This document shows, piece after piece, positions 33,194-48,334 of a stretch of DNA of 64,000 nt. The notes beneath the pieces are model-generated. The model was not told the DNA's origin, searched no databases, and saw only the letters and a list, made by a program, of their open reading frames with translations. The translations under genes were made by a program, and so were the position numbers. How positions within the stretch are numbered: the first letter of the stretch is position 1; each line of letters begins with the position of its first letter. The DNA lies in the NCBI GenBank assembly GCA_963828735.1, contig CAWHFW010000005.1, positions 96,001 through 160,000 of the forward strand, written 5' to 3'. This stretch comes from an uncultured Gemmatimonadales bacterium. GTDB taxonomy: Bacteria > Gemmatimonadota > Gemmatimonadetes > Gemmatimonadales > GWC2-71-9.

Positions 33194-34145
33194 AAGCCTC
33201 CCTGAACCAGGCGGCGAACCTCCGGATGCCCTCGGGGAACGGCGTCTTCGGCGCGTAGCCGAGAACCGCGCCGGATTTGGTGAGGTCGGCCGCCGTCTTC
33301 TGCACGTCCCCCGCCTGCATCGGTCCCCACTGCAGTTTGGGCTCGATGCCGAGTGCCCGCGAGATCTCCGCCACCATGTCGCCGGTGCGGACGGACCGGT
33401 TGCCGCCCAGATTGAACGCCTCCATCCCGATCGGTGCCGAGTCGGTCCAGTCGATGGCGGCGGTCACGCCGGCGACGATGTCGTCGCAATATGTGTAGTC
33501 GCGCGCCTGGGTGCCGTCGCCGAAGAGCGTGATCTGCTCTCCCGCCGCCATCCGGCGCGCGAACGCGTGGATCGCGAGGTCGGGGCGCTGGCGCGGGCCG
33601 TAGACCGTGAAGAACCGAAGCGCCGCGCTCCGGAATCCGTAGATCGGCGCGACCGAGAGCAGCAGCAGCTCGGCCGCCCGCTTCGTCGCGGCGTACACGG
33701 AGACCGGCTCCATCGCGCTCGCGTCCTCGCGAAACGGGACCGGGGTGGTGTCCCCGTAGATCGACGAGGACGAGCCGAATGCGATGCGCGACACGCCTGC
33801 CCGGCGGGCCGCCTCGAGCACGGCGGCCGTCCCGGTCACGTTGGCCTCGGCGTACCCCACCGGATCCGCGAGCGAAGGCCGCACGCCCGCCTTGGCCGCA
33901 AGGTGCACGATGACCGTGTCCGGCGTGAGCCTCGCGCGGAGCGCCGCCACGTCCAGCATGTCCTGCTCGTGGAACTGGAACCCCGCCAGGCGTCCTATCT
34001 CCCCGAGGTTCCGCTCCTTCATCGCTCGGGGATAGAAGCCGTCGAAGTTGTCGATGCCCACGACCTCGTCGCCCCGGCGCACCAGCGCCTCGACCAGGTG
34101 AGAACCGATGAACCCCGCGGCCCCGGTCACGAGAATACGGCTCAC
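33177..34145 (-). CDS. NAD-dependent epimerase (UDP-glucuronate 4-epimerase-like)
   Basis: TGAAGFIGSH, HLAAKAGVRPS, YAATK, RFFTVYGPRQRPDLA. Confidence 0.88.
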   Translation of the reverse strand: MSRILVTGAAGFIGSHLVEALVRRGDEVVGIDNFDGFYPRAMKERNLGEIGRLAGFQFHEQDMLDVAALRARLTPDTVIVHLAAKAGVRPSLADPVGYAEANVTGTAAVLEAARRAGVSRIAFGSSSSIYGDTTPVPFREDASAMEPVSVYAATKRAAELLLLSVAPIYGFRSAALRFFTVYGPRQRPDLAIHAFARRMAAGEQITLFGDGTQARDYTYCDDIVAGVTAAIDWTDSAPIGMEAFNLGGNRSVRTGDMVAEISRALGIEPKLQWGPMQAGDVQKTAADLTKSGAVLGYAPKTPFPEGIRRFAAWFREAYGQSD

Positions 34146-35452
34146 CGCCGTCCCCGGCCGATTCCGTGGTACTCGAAGCCGAGCGCGGTCATGCGGCTCG
34201 GATCGTAGAGGTTGCGGCCGTCGATGAGCAGCGCCCGCCGGAGCAGCTTTCGCACCCGCTCGAAGTCAGGGTTCCGGTAGACCAGCCACTCGGTCATGAC
34301 GAGCAGGGCGTCCGAGCCGTGCACGGCACTGTACGGGTCGGCGGTGTAGATGACCCGGTCGCCGAAGATCGCGCGCGCCGAGTCCGTGGCCTTGGGATCG
34401 TGCGCCTGCACGCGCGCGCCTGCCGCGAGCAGCCCCTCGATGAGCGGAATGGTGGGGCTCTCGCGCATGTCGTCCGTCTCGGCCTTGAACGCGAGGCCCC
34501 AGATGCCGACGGTCTTCCCGCTCAGGTCGGGGCCGAGGTACTTGAGCGTCTTCTGGAGCACCACCCGCTTCTGCGCCTCGTTCACCTCTTCGACCGCCTT
34601 GAGTACGTCGAGCGACAGCCCCAGCGACTGCGCGGTGCGGATGATCGCCTTCACGTCCTTGGGAAAGCACGACCCGCCATACCCCGGCCCCGGGTACAGG
34701 AACGCCCGGCCGATCCGCTGATCCGAGCCGATGCCGCGCCGGACGTTGTGGACGTCGGCGCCGACCAGCTCGCAGAACTGCGCCATCTGATTCATGAACG
34801 AGATGCGGGTGGCGAGCATGGCGTTCGCCGCATACTTGGTGACCTCGGCGGAGGCGATGTCCATGAACAGGACCCGCTCGCCGCCCTGGCGGGTGAACGG
34901 AGCGTACAGCTCGCCCATCACCGCCTTGGCGTCCTCGTCGTCCACGCCGATCACGACGCGATCGGGCTTCATGAAATCCTCGATCGCGGCGCCTTCCTTG
35001 AGGAATTCCGGGTTGGAACAGACGGCGAAGGCCTGGGTCGTTTCGCTCCGCACGGCCGCGCGCACCTTTTCGGCCGTGCCGACCGGCACCGTGGACTTGG
35101 TGACGACCACCTTGTGGCCGTTCATGTTCCGGCCGATCTCTCTCGCCACGGCCAGCACGTGCTGCAGATCCGCCGAGCCGTCCTCCCCCGGCGGCGTGCC
35201 CACCGCGATGAACACCACGCGCGCCGCGCGGACGGCCGCGCCGATGTCGGTGGTGAAGGTGAGGCGACCCTCCGCCTGATTCCGGCGCACCATCGGCTCG
35301 AGTCCAGGCTCGTAGATCGGGACCTCGTTCTTCTGCAGCCGCGCGATCTTGTCCGCGTCCTTGTCGACGCAAACGATGTCGTTGCCCGTCTCGGCCAGGC
35401 AGGCGCCGGCCACGAGGCCGACGTAGCCGCTCCCGATCACCGCCACGTGCAT
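34142..35452 (-). CDS. ugd: UDP-glucose 6-dehydrogenase
   Basis: GSGYVGL, PIYEPGL, KSTVPVGT, SNPEFLKEG, GYGGSCFPKD, GLAFK.TDDMRES. Confidence 0.93.
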   Translation of the reverse strand: MHVAVIGSGYVGLVAGACLAETGNDIVCVDKDADKIARLQKNEVPIYEPGLEPMVRRNQAEGRLTFTTDIGAAVRAARVVFIAVGTPPGEDGSADLQHVLAVAREIGRNMNGHKVVVTKSTVPVGTAEKVRAAVRSETTQAFAVCSNPEFLKEGAAIEDFMKPDRVVIGVDDEDAKAVMGELYAPFTRQGGERVLFMDIASAEVTKYAANAMLATRISFMNQMAQFCELVGADVHNVRRGIGSDQRIGRAFLYPGPGYGGSCFPKDVKAIIRTAQSLGLSLDVLKAVEEVNEAQKRVVLQKTLKYLGPDLSGKTVGIWGLAFKAETDDMRESPTIPLIEGLLAAGARVQAHDPKATDSARAIFGDRVIYTADPYSAVHGSDALLVMTEWLVYRNPDFERVRKLLRRALLIDGRNLYDPSRMTALGFEYHGIGRGRR

Positions 35453-35453
35453 C

Positions 35454-36740
35454 TCAGTCCTCTTTCGGCATGGCGTTGCGCGTATCGACCACCAGCTTTG
35501 CGTTCCGCCGGATCATGGAATAGTCCACCGAGGAGTGATCGGTGACGATCATGATGCAGTCCGCGGAGGCCACCGTCTCGGGATCGAGCGGCACCGAGCG
35601 AAACTCCTGTCCGTCCTCCGAGAACGCTGGCACGTGAGGATCGTGGTAGCTGACTCGGGCGCCCTGGTCCTCCAGCAGTCGGATGATGTCCAGGGCCGGA
35701 CTCTCGCGGATGTCGTCGATGTCGCGCTTGTAGGCCACCCCCAACACCAGCACGGACGCGCCCCGGACGGCCTTGCCCTGCCCGTTCAGCGTCTCGGCCA
35801 GCTTCCGCACCCAGAACAGCGGCATCTCGGTATTGAGCTCGCCGGCGAGGTCGATGAAGCGGGTCTTGTAGTTGAGCCCCCGCATCTTCCAAGCGAGGTA
35901 GTGGGGGTCGATGGGAATGCAGTGTCCCCCGAGTCCCGGACCGGGCAGGAATTTCATGAAGCCGAACGGCTTCGTCGAGGCGGCCTCGATGACTTCCCAG
36001 ACGTTCACACCGAGCTTGTCGCAGACGATCGCCATCTCGTTCACGAGCCCGATGTTCACGCTGCGGAAGGTGTTCTCGAGCAGCTTCACCAGCTCGGCGG
36101 CCTCAGTGGTCGAGACCAACACCAGCGTCTCGATGGCCGGCTGGTACAGCGCCATCGCCACTCGGCTACAATCGCTCGTGATGCCGCCCACCACCTTGGG
36201 CGTGTTCCGGGTGCCGTAGTGGGGATTGCCCGGGTCCACGCGCTCGGGGCTGAAGGCGAGGAAAAAATCCTCGCCCACGGCGAGACCGGTGCTCTCGAGC
36301 GCGGGCAGAAGGATCTCGCGGGTGGTTCCCGGATAGGTCGTGCTCTCGAGGATGATGGCCTGGCCCCGCCGCAGCGTTCGCTTGACCGCTTCGGTCGCCG
36401 CGACGATGTAGCTGACGTCCGGATCCTTGAACTTCGACAACGGCGTCGGCACGCAGATGGAGACCGCATCGGCCTCCGCGAGGCGAAGCATGTCGGTGGT
36501 GGCGCTGAAGCGCCCGGCGGCGACGACGGCCTGGAGCTGGGCGTGGCTCACGTCCTTCACGTGCGAGCGCCGCGCGTTGAGGCCGTCCACGACGTTCTCC
36601 TGCACGTCGAAGCCCAGCACGCGGTAGCCCGCCTCGGCGAGCTCGACCGCCAGGGGCAGCCCGACGTAGCCGAGCCCGACGATGCCGAACAGCAGATCGC
36701 GCCGCTCCGCGCGGGCGATCAAGTCCTGGGCCACGGTCAC
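35454..36740 (-). CDS. UDP-N-acetylglucosamine dehydrogenase (WbpA/TviB-like)
   Basis: GLGYVGLPLA, CVPTP, ESTTYPGTT, SPERVDPG, GGHCIPIDP; GTG 36740 overlaps the upstream stop. Confidence 0.88.
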   Translation of the reverse strand: MTVAQDLIARAERRDLLFGIVGLGYVGLPLAVELAEAGYRVLGFDVQENVVDGLNARRSHVKDVSHAQLQAVVAAGRFSATTDMLRLAEADAVSICVPTPLSKFKDPDVSYIVAATEAVKRTLRRGQAIILESTTYPGTTREILLPALESTGLAVGEDFFLAFSPERVDPGNPHYGTRNTPKVVGGITSDCSRVAMALYQPAIETLVLVSTTEAAELVKLLENTFRSVNIGLVNEMAIVCDKLGVNVWEVIEAASTKPFGFMKFLPGPGLGGHCIPIDPHYLAWKMRGLNYKTRFIDLAGELNTEMPLFWVRKLAETLNGQGKAVRGASVLVLGVAYKRDIDDIRESPALDIIRLLEDQGARVSYHDPHVPAFSEDGQEFRSVPLDPETVASADCIMIVTDHSSVDYSMIRRNAKLVVDTRNAMPKED

Positions 36741-37852
36741 GCGTAGAACCCCAGGATGGCGTCGATCACCGTCTCCTGCTGCTCGAGGCTGAGCTCGGGA
36801 TAGACCGGGAGGGAGATCACCTGCTCGGTGGCCGCCTCCGAGATCGGCAGGCTGCCCTTGGCGTAGTCGAGGTACGCGAAGCACGGCTGCAGATGCAGCG
36901 ACAGCGGGTAGTAGATCGAGTTCCCGATCTGCTTCGACTTGAGGTGCGCCTGCAGCGCGTCGCGTTGGGACACGCGGATCGTGTACTGGTTGAAGATGTG
37001 CTCGTTGGCCGGGTCGGTCCGCGGGGGACATACCTCGGGATGGTTCCCGAAGGCCTCGGTGTAACGCGTGGCATTGCGGGCGCGCGCCGCGCTCCAGTCG
37101 GCGAGGTGCGGGAGCTTGGCCAACAGGACGGCCGCGTGCAGCGTATCGAGCCTGCTGTTGAATCCCACCTCGTCATGGTAGTACTGCCGGGCGCCGCCGT
37201 GGAGCCGCAGACGCTGCAGCCGGGCGGCCAGAGCGTCGTCCTGGGTCACCATCATGCCGCCGTCGCCGTAGGCGCCGAGGTTCTTGCTGGGAAAAAACGA
37301 CAGCGTGCCGACCGTGCCCAGCTCACCGGCCACGCGCCAGACGCCGTCCACCTTCCGCCGGGCGCCGATCGACTGCGCCGCGTCCTCGATGAGCGCGACG
37401 CCGTGCCGTGCGGCGATCGGCCCCAGGGCTTCCATGGCCGCCATCTGGCCGAACAGGTGGACCACGACGATGCCACGGGTCCGCGGGGTGATCGCGGCCT
37501 CGACGGCCGCCGAGTCGATGTTGAAGGTTCCGGCCTCGATGTCCACGAAGACCGGCTTGCCGCCGGCATTGTGGATGGCTCCCGCGGTCGCGAAGAACGT
37601 GAAGGGCGTGGTGATGACCTCGTCGCCCGGCTTGAGGTCCAGCGCCTTGAGCGGCAGCAGGAGCGCGTCGGTCCCGCTCGCGCAGCCGACGGCGTGCTTC
37701 GCATGAGACAGCGCCGCCACCGCAGCTTCGAGCTTCGCGACCTCGGGGCCCATGATGAAGCCCTGGCGCTCGATCACGGCCATCACGGCCTCGAGCACCT
37801 CGTCCTTGATGTCGCGGTACTGCGCGACCAGGTCCAGCAGAGGAACGTTCAC
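36737..37852 (-). CDS. DegT/DnrJ sugar aminotransferase (WbpE-like)
   Basis: SGTDAL, FTFFATA, VHLFGQ, EDAAQSIGA, SFFPSKNLG.YGDGG, NSRLD. Confidence 0.9.
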   Translation of the reverse strand: MNVPLLDLVAQYRDIKDEVLEAVMAVIERQGFIMGPEVAKLEAAVAALSHAKHAVGCASGTDALLLPLKALDLKPGDEVITTPFTFFATAGAIHNAGGKPVFVDIEAGTFNIDSAAVEAAITPRTRGIVVVHLFGQMAAMEALGPIAARHGVALIEDAAQSIGARRKVDGVWRVAGELGTVGTLSFFPSKNLGAYGDGGMMVTQDDALAARLQRLRLHGGARQYYHDEVGFNSRLDTLHAAVLLAKLPHLADWSAARARNATRYTEAFGNHPEVCPPRTDPANEHIFNQYTIRVSQRDALQAHLKSKQIGNSIYYPLSLHLQPCFAYLDYAKGSLPISEAATEQVISLPVYPELSLEQQETVIDAILGFYA

Positions 37853-37945
37853 CGGTGCAGTCCATGTAGAAAGCGCCCGCGCATCGGCCAGGGCGGCCGG
37901 ACCGCGGGCGCGGTAAATAGACGGAACCCTTGGCAGCCGTGTAAC

Positions 37946-38551
37946 TTAGACGCGTGGCGCAGGTGGGTCAATCTGGCGGAGCAACCCGCCCTCCTCGCGG
38001 TAGCGGGCCCCGCAGGCGGCGCATGTCGCGGCCCCTCCTGTGAGCTCGAGGCGAACGCCGCACTGACACATCCACCCGACCCGACGCGCCGGAACCCCCA
38101 CCATCAGCCCGAAGGCCGGCACGTCGTCGGTCACCACGGCCCCGGCGCCGACGAAGCTGTACTCACCGAGGGTGACGCCGCAGACGACGGTGGCGTTCGC
38201 CCCGATGGTGGTCCCCCGCCGGACCAGGGTCGCGCGATACTCCGATTTCCGCGAGACATGGCTCCGGGGGTTGGTGACGTTGGTGAATACGCAGCTCGGG
38301 CCGCAGAAGACGTCGTCCTCGAGGGTCACACCCTCGTAGATCGAGACATTGTTCTGGACCTTCACGTTGTTCCCGAGGCGCGTCCCACCCATCACGACGA
38401 CGTTTTGGCCCAGATTGCACCGCTCCCCGATCACGGCGCCCGGCATGACGTGGCAGAAGTGCCAGATCCTGGTACCGTCGCCGATGACGGCACCGTCGTC
38501 GATGTAGCTGGATTCGTGGGCGAAGTAATCGGGCATGAGACGCCTGGTCAC
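37946..38551 (-). CDS. Hexapeptide-repeat N-acetyltransferase (WbpD-like)
   Basis: [38 protein letters not shown]-terminal CQCG..CAACG. Confidence 0.9.
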   Translation of the reverse strand: MTRRLMPDYFAHESSYIDDGAVIGDGTRIWHFCHVMPGAVIGERCNLGQNVVVMGGTRLGNNVKVQNNVSIYEGVTLEDDVFCGPSCVFTNVTNPRSHVSRKSEYRATLVRRGTTIGANATVVCGVTLGEYSFVGAGAVVTDDVPAFGLMVGVPARRVGWMCQCGVRLELTGGAATCAACGARYREEGGLLRQIDPPAPRV

Positions 38552-39503
38552 GACTCGGGATTGAGGTACTCACCCAGGGACCCGATCAGTTTCACCTCGG
38601 GCTCGAGCTGCACATCGAACCGCGTCTCGACCTCGCGCTGGGCGCGCTCGATGAGGGCCCGGACGTCGGCGGCGGTGGCGTCGCCGGCGTTGACGAAGTA
38701 GTTGGCGTGCATCGGCGAGACCTGCGCGCCGCCCATGCGCACGCCCTTGAGGCCGGCCGCCTCCACGAGCTGCCCCGCGGTGCGCGGGCCGCCTTCCCGC
38801 TTCCAGCTCGGGCCGGCCGGATTCTTGAACACGCTTCCGCAGCACGGCTGGTTGAATGGCGTGCCCCGCTGCCGCCATTCGAACATCTCGGTGATCTGCT
38901 CGTCGAGCCGAGCCTGCGCCTCAGGGCGGAGGCGCACGGTCGTGTCGAGCACGATGCGGCCGTCCAGGCCGCTCCGCCTGTAGGTGAACGGCACCTCGCT
39001 CCGGCCGAGCACCTGGTCGTTTCCTCTTCCGTCCACCACCGTCACCTGCTCGACGACCTCGGACCAGTCGCCGCCATGGCACCCCGCGTTCATGTACACC
39101 CCCCCGCCGACGGTACCCGGCACGCCGACGAAGATGTGGAGCCCGGCGAAGCCAGCCCCCGCGGTCTTTCGCGCGGCGAGCGGCGCCGGCAGTCCCGCCC
39201 CGATGGTCCAGCGCTCGCCGTCCTGGCGGAGGCTGTCGAGGCCCTTCCCCAGACGAATCACGAGCGCGTCGAGCCCGGTGTCCGGTAGCAGGATGTTCGA
39301 GCCGAGACCGACGGCGAACCATGGGACGCCCGCCTCGTTCGCCGTCCGAAGAGCCTCGGCGACGTCCTCGGGCCCGGCCGGCAGCACCACCGTGGCGGGC
39401 CCGCCGATCCGGTAGGTGGAGTACCGCGCCAGCGCCTCGCGTTCCCGCACCTCGCCGCGCACCTTCGCCCGGAGCTTCTTGGCGAAGGCCGGGTCGCGCG
39501 CGG

Positions 39504-39516
<13 letters not shown>
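38548..39516 (-). CDS. murB: UDP-N-acetylenolpyruvoylglucosamine reductase
   Basis: [45 protein letters not shown]. Confidence 0.93.
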
Positions 39517-42807
<3,291 letters not shown>

Positions 42808-42827
<20 letters not shown>

Positions 42828-43761
42828 CCAGTTCCTGGAGCGTCTGTTCGAGTGAGATCGCCGGCGCCCACCCTGTGGCGCGACGGAGTTTAGTCGGATC
42901 CCCGACGAGATGCGGGATGTCGGCCCGCCGCATGAGCGCGGGATCGGGGGTTGCCGCCGCCGTGGTTCCCACCAGGGCTGCGAGCCGTCGGAACACCTCC
43001 TCCAGCGACAGCCCTTCGCCTCGCGCGACGTTGTAGGCTTCGCCGGCGGCCCCGAGCGTCAACAGCTGGCGGTAGGCGGCGACCACATCCCGCACGTCCA
43101 GCAGGTCGCGTACGGGCGTCAGGTTGCCGGTCGGGACTCGCACCGCGCCGTTGGCCCGGGCCACCTTGAGCCGCCGAGCGAATGCCGGAACGGCGTAGTC
43201 GGGGCTCTGGCCCGGTCCGGTGTGCGGGAACGGCCGGGCGACCACCACCCTCAGGCCCGTCCGCCGATATGCCTCCATCGCCGCCACCTCCGCCCCCAGC
43301 TTGCTCGCCGCGTAAGGCGAGAGCGGCAGCAGCGCATCGGTCTCGCGTCGCGGCGCATCGGAGCCCGCGCCGTACACTTCACCGGAAGAGATCAGCAGGA
43401 CCACCGGATCCAGGCGTGCCGCCTGGAGCAGCGAGCCGGCCGCACCGGTGAGCCTGGCCGTGCCCACCGCATTCACGATCCAGGCCGCGCCGGGATTCTC
43501 CCGCGCCTGCCGCACCGAGGCCACGGCGGCCAGATGCACCACGGCATCGGGCTGCCACTCGAGCGCCGCGCGAACGGAGGCGTCATCCGTGATCTCGAGC
43601 GGAAGCACCGTCACCCGTGCGCCGGCCGGTGCGCCGTTCGACCAGTCCACTGCAGGGCCGCCGGGCCGGCACCCCGCCGCCACTTCGTCGCCCGCCTGGA
43701 GAAGATGTCGCACCAGGTGGCGGCCGACGAATCCGTCCGCCCCGGTGACGAGCACCCTCAC
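42808..43761 (-). CDS. GDP-4-keto-6-deoxy-mannose reductase-like SDR (Rmd-like)
   Basis: [44 protein letters not shown]; adjacent to gmd. Confidence 0.75.
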
Positions 43762-43771
43762 GCGTGGCCCG

Positions 43772-44782
<1,011 letters not shown>

Positions 44783-44874
44783 TCATCGGCATTCGTCCAT
44801 TAGGTTTACGGGCTTTCCGGCGATCGGGTGGCCGGCGCAAAACCAGCATCCCAGACACGACCAAAGGTGGAGCT

Positions 44875-45087
44875 ATGGCACGGGTGTGCTCCGTGTGCGG
44901 CAAGGGGCCGGTCACCGGCAACAACGTCAGCCACGCCAACAATCGAACCAAGCGTCGCTGGTATCCGAATCTGCAGACCGTCCGGGTGCTGGTCGAGGGT
45001 GCGCCCAAGCGCGTCCGGGTGTGTACGCAGTGCCTGAAGAGTAACCGGATCACCAAAGCGCCCAAGGCGGTCGCCGCCGCGGTCTGA
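44875..45087 (+). CDS. rpmB: 50S ribosomal protein L28
   Basis: MARVC.VCGK...[23 protein letters not shown]. Confidence 0.96.
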   Translation: MARVCSVCGKGPVTGNNVSHANNRTKRRWYPNLQTVRVLVEGAPKRVRVCTQCLKSNRITKAPKAVAAAV

Positions 45088-45109
45088 CCGATCGGCGCGA
45101 GCGGTCATG

Positions 45110-45138
45110 AAAAAGGGGACCCCAGGGTCCCCTTTCTT
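45110..45138. terminator. Bidirectional intrinsic terminator between rpmB and rplQ
   Basis: AAAAAGGGGACC-CCAG-GGTCCCCTTTCTT between convergent genes. Confidence 0.8.
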
Positions 45139-45161
45139 GTTGCGCGGAAGCAAGGCGCCGG

Positions 45162-45518
45162 TCACTCGGAGAGCAACTCGATCCGGGCGATGTCCGCGCC
45201 GTCGCCGTCGCGGTGGCCGAGCTTGAGGATGCGCGTGTAACCGCCGGGCCGCGCGGCGAACCGCGGGCCGATCTCGGCGAAAAGGCGGGACAGCGTTTCC
45301 CGGCTCTTGATCTTCCGCTCCACCAGCCGGCGCGCGTGCAGATCGCCGCGGCGGGCCAGCGTGATGAGCTTCTCGGCGAACGGCCGGAGCTCCTTGGCCT
45401 TGGCCTCGGTGGTGATGACACGGCCATGCTCGAACAGACTGGTGGCCATGTTGTTGAGCATCGCGCGACGATGGCTCGAGGTGCGGCTCAGCTGCCGGCC
45501 TTTGGCGCGATGACGCAT
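45162..45518 (-). CDS. rplQ: 50S ribosomal protein L17
   Basis: MRHR..GR.L.R.SSHR.AM, TT.AKAKE, RPGGYTRI.K. Confidence 0.97.
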   Translation of the reverse strand: MRHRAKGRQLSRTSSHRRAMLNNMATSLFEHGRVITTEAKAKELRPFAEKLITLARRGDLHARRLVERKIKSRETLSRLFAEIGPRFAARPGGYTRILKLGHRDGDGADIARIELLSE

Positions 45519-46583
45519 TTACTGGATCTCCCCGGTCCCGGCGGAGGGATGCGCCATCGGCGGAGTGCCCGAGCGGAGCACGCGCAGCTCCCCGTCGCTC
45601 TCCTCGAACGCCATGCCGAAGTTGAGCCCTTCGCGCTGCAACAGCTCGGCGATCTCGCTCAGCGCCTTCTCGCCCACGTTCTTGACCTTGAGCAGATCGT
45701 CCTCGCTGAACTCGACCAGATCCTTGAGGGTCCGGATGTTCGAGTTCTTGAGGGAGTTGAGCGACCGCACCGAGAGGCCGAAGTCGTCGATCGGGCGCGC
45801 CAGCCGCTGGCGCAGGTTGGTGCCGTTGCCGGCGCCGGCCGCCGCCCCCGCGTCCCGCATGGTGGGAACCTTGCCGAAGTCCACGAAGTACTGGAAGTGG
45901 ACCTGGGCGAGCGCCGCGGCGTACGCGATGGCGTCTTCGGGCGTGATGGTCCCGTTGGTCTCGACCTGGACCGTGAGCCGGTCGTAGTCGGTGCGCTGGC
46001 CGACGCGGGTTTCGGCCACCGCGAAATTGGCACGGCGGACCGGGTTGTAGATGGCGTCGATCCGCACCAGGTCCACCGGCAAGGAACGGTCGGCCGGGTG
46101 CATCTCGGCCTCGACGTAGCCCCGCCCCTTGTTCACGTACAGCTCCATGCTGACGTCGCGGTCATCCTGGAGGGTGAACAACAGGTGGTCCGGGTTCTTG
46201 ACGGTGACGGCGCCATGTTCCTGGATGTCGCGGGCGTAGACCGGCCCTGCGCCATCGCGGCGGATGTGGAGCACGGCCTCGTCGACGTCCTCGCTCAGGA
46301 CCAGCGTGAGCGCCTTGAGTCGCTGGACGACCTGGTGCACGTCCTCGAGCACGCCCTGCACGGTCTGGTGCTCGTGCACCACGCCGTCCAGGCGGAAGCC
46401 CCACACCGCGCTGCCGCGGAGGGAAGAAAGGAGAAGTCGGCGAAGCGAGTTGCCGAGGGTGTAGCCGAAGCCCCGCTCCAGCGGCTGCAGGCGGAACTCG
46501 GCGGCGTTGGGATTGTCGTCCCGCTTCGTCATCTCGACGAGATGCGGACGTACCAACCCGGTCAGGTCAATGGTCATGGTCAC
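45519..46583 (-). CDS. rpoA: RNA polymerase subunit alpha
   Basis: PLERGFG.TLGNSLRR.LLSS, GRGYV, RVGQRTDYD, LSVRS.N.LK. Confidence 0.97.
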   Translation of the reverse strand: MTMTIDLTGLVRPHLVEMTKRDDNPNAAEFRLQPLERGFGYTLGNSLRRLLLSSLRGSAVWGFRLDGVVHEHQTVQGVLEDVHQVVQRLKALTLVLSEDVDEAVLHIRRDGAGPVYARDIQEHGAVTVKNPDHLLFTLQDDRDVSMELYVNKGRGYVEAEMHPADRSLPVDLVRIDAIYNPVRRANFAVAETRVGQRTDYDRLTVQVETNGTITPEDAIAYAAALAQVHFQYFVDFGKVPTMRDAGAAAGAGNGTNLRQRLARPIDDFGLSVRSLNSLKNSNIRTLKDLVEFSEDDLLKVKNVGEKALSEIAELLQREGLNFGMAFEESDGELRVLRSGTPPMAHPSAGTGEIQ

Positions 46584-47215
46584 TTCGAGTAGAGCTCGAC
46601 GATGAGCTGTTCCTGGGCGTTGATCGGGATCGCCTCGCGGGTGGGCCGCTCCGTCATGCGGCCGGCCGCCTTGTCGGCGTCCACCGAGAGCCAGGCCACC
46701 GGCTGCCCACGCGAGGCGGCTTCCTGGGCCAGCTTGACGGACACGAGCTCGCGGCTGGCGGGCGCGACGCGCACCTCCTCGCCCGGGGCGACCCGGTACG
46801 CGGGGATGTCCACGCGGTGGCCGTTCACTTCGATGTGCCCGTGGGCGATGAATTGCCGCGCGGCCTTGCGGCTCGACGCGAAGCCCATCCGGTGCACGAT
46901 GTTGTCCAGCCGGCTCTCGAGGGCGATGAGCAGGTTGGTGCCCTTCACGCCGGGCTCGCGGGTCACGGCGTCGAACGTGTTGCGGAACTGCCGCTCGCTC
47001 AGGCCGTACATCCGCTTCACCTTCTGCTTCTCACGCATCTGCTTCGCGTATTCGGACGCCTTGCGCGGCCGCCCACCGGTCTGGCCGTGCTGGCCGGGCG
47101 CGTACGCGCGCCGCTCCACCGGGCACTTCTCGGTGAGGCACTTGGTGCCCTTCAAAAACAGCTTGGTCCCCTCGCGGCGGCAGAGGCGGCAGCTTGGTCC
47201 GACGTATCGTGACAT
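46580..47215 (-). CDS. rpsD: 30S ribosomal protein S4
   Basis: RY.GP.CR.CRREG..LFLKG, PGQHG, EKQK, LESRLDN, IVELYSK. Confidence 0.97.
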   Translation of the reverse strand: MSRYVGPSCRLCRREGTKLFLKGTKCLTEKCPVERRAYAPGQHGQTGGRPRKASEYAKQMREKQKVKRMYGLSERQFRNTFDAVTREPGVKGTNLLIALESRLDNIVHRMGFASSRKAARQFIAHGHIEVNGHRVDIPAYRVAPGEEVRVAPASRELVSVKLAQEAASRGQPVAWLSVDADKAAGRMTERPTREAIPINAQEQLIVELYSK

Positions 47216-47218
47216 TGA

Positions 47219-47632
47219 TCAGACCCGCCGTTTCTTCGGAGGACGGCACCCGTTGTGAGGAATCGGGGTGACGTCACGAATGGACACGACACGAAGCCCG
47301 ACCGAGGCCAGCGCCTGGATGGCGGACTCGCGGCCGCTGCCGGGACCCTGCACGCGCACGTGCACCCGCCGCAGCCCGAGGTTCATCGCCTCGCGGCCGC
47401 AGTTCTCGGCCGCCACGGTGGCGGCGAACGGGGTGGACTTCTTGGAGCCCTTGAAGCCGGCCTTGCCCGCCGATCCCCACGCGAGGGTATTGCCCTTCAT
47501 GTCGGTGATCGTGATGAGCAGATTGTTGAACGTCGCCGAGATGTGGGCCACGCCCTCGGACTCGACGACCTTCTTGCCGCGCTTCGCGCTCGGCGCCTTT
47601 GCAGGAGCGGGAGCGGGAGTCGGTGCAGTCAT
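47219..47632 (-). CDS. rpsK: 30S ribosomal protein S11
   Basis: [40 protein letters not shown]. Confidence 0.97.
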   Translation of the reverse strand: MTAPTPAPAPAKAPSAKRGKKVVESEGVAHISATFNNLLITITDMKGNTLAWGSAGKAGFKGSKKSTPFAATVAAENCGREAMNLGLRRVHVRVQGPGSGRESAIQALASVGLRVVSIRDVTPIPHNGCRPPKKRRV

Positions 47633-48012
47633 TACTTCTTGGTCACTTTCTTCTTGCCGGCGATGGCGCGCCGCGGACCCTTCTTGGTCCGGGCATTGGT
47701 GTGCGTCCGCTGGCCGCGGACCGGCAGGCCGCGCCGATGGCGGATGCCGCGATAGCTCCCGATATCCATCAGGCGCTTGATGTTCATGGCGACTTCGGTC
47801 CGGAGGGAACCCTCCACCTTGACCGAGCGCTCGATGACCTGCCGAAGGCGCGCGACCTCCGCGTCCGAGAGGTCCCGGACCCGGGTATCGGGGCTCACGC
47901 CCGTTTCGCCGAGGATGCGGCTGCTCGTGGGCTGGCCGATCCCGAAGATGTACGTGAGGGCGACTTCGACGCGCTTCTCGCGCGGAAGGTCAACGCCAGC
48001 GATACGCGCCAT
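47632..48012 (-). CDS. rpsM: 30S ribosomal protein S13
   Basis: [32 protein letters not shown]. Confidence 0.97.
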   Translation of the reverse strand: MARIAGVDLPREKRVEVALTYIFGIGQPTSSRILGETGVSPDTRVRDLSDAEVARLRQVIERSVKVEGSLRTEVAMNIKRLMDIGSYRGIRHRRGLPVRGQRTHTNARTKKGPRRAIAGKKKVTKK

Positions 48013-48014
48013 GA

Positions 48015-48131
48015 TCAGCCTTGCCGCTGCTTGTGCTTGGGATTGCGCTTGCAGATGATGCGAGTCACGCCCTGTCGCTTGACGACCTTGCAGTGCTCAC
48101 AAATCGGCTTCACGCTCGAACGAACCTTCAC
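48015..48131 (-). CDS. rpmJ: 50S ribosomal protein L36
   Basis: Below the ORF-track cutoff; manual translation [38 protein letters not shown] from GTG 48131 with GGAG upstream. Confidence 0.96.
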   Translation of the reverse strand: MKVRSSVKPICEHCKVVKRQGVTRIICKRNPKHKQRQG

Positions 48132-48166
48132 ACGACTCTCCAGGGCCTGTTAGGGACTAGCTGTCC

Positions 48167-48195
48167 AATATATCGAGGGATGGAAAGTCATGCAA
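48167..48195 (-). promoter_or_regulatory. Sigma70-type promoter of the rpmJ-alpha operon
   Basis: TTGCAT-N17-TATATT on the minus strand, about 35 nt upstream of rpmJ. Confidence 0.7.
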
Positions 48196-48334
48196 GGAGG
48201 GGACTTCGCCTGCGACGCCCAGCCCGCCGTTCAGGTCGCCTCGACGGTAGCGAACGCGTTCCTCTTCCCACTATAAACTCCCAACAAACCCCGGTTCCCG
48301 GGTCACCCCAGGGCCGGCCCCCGGGGGCCTCCCG

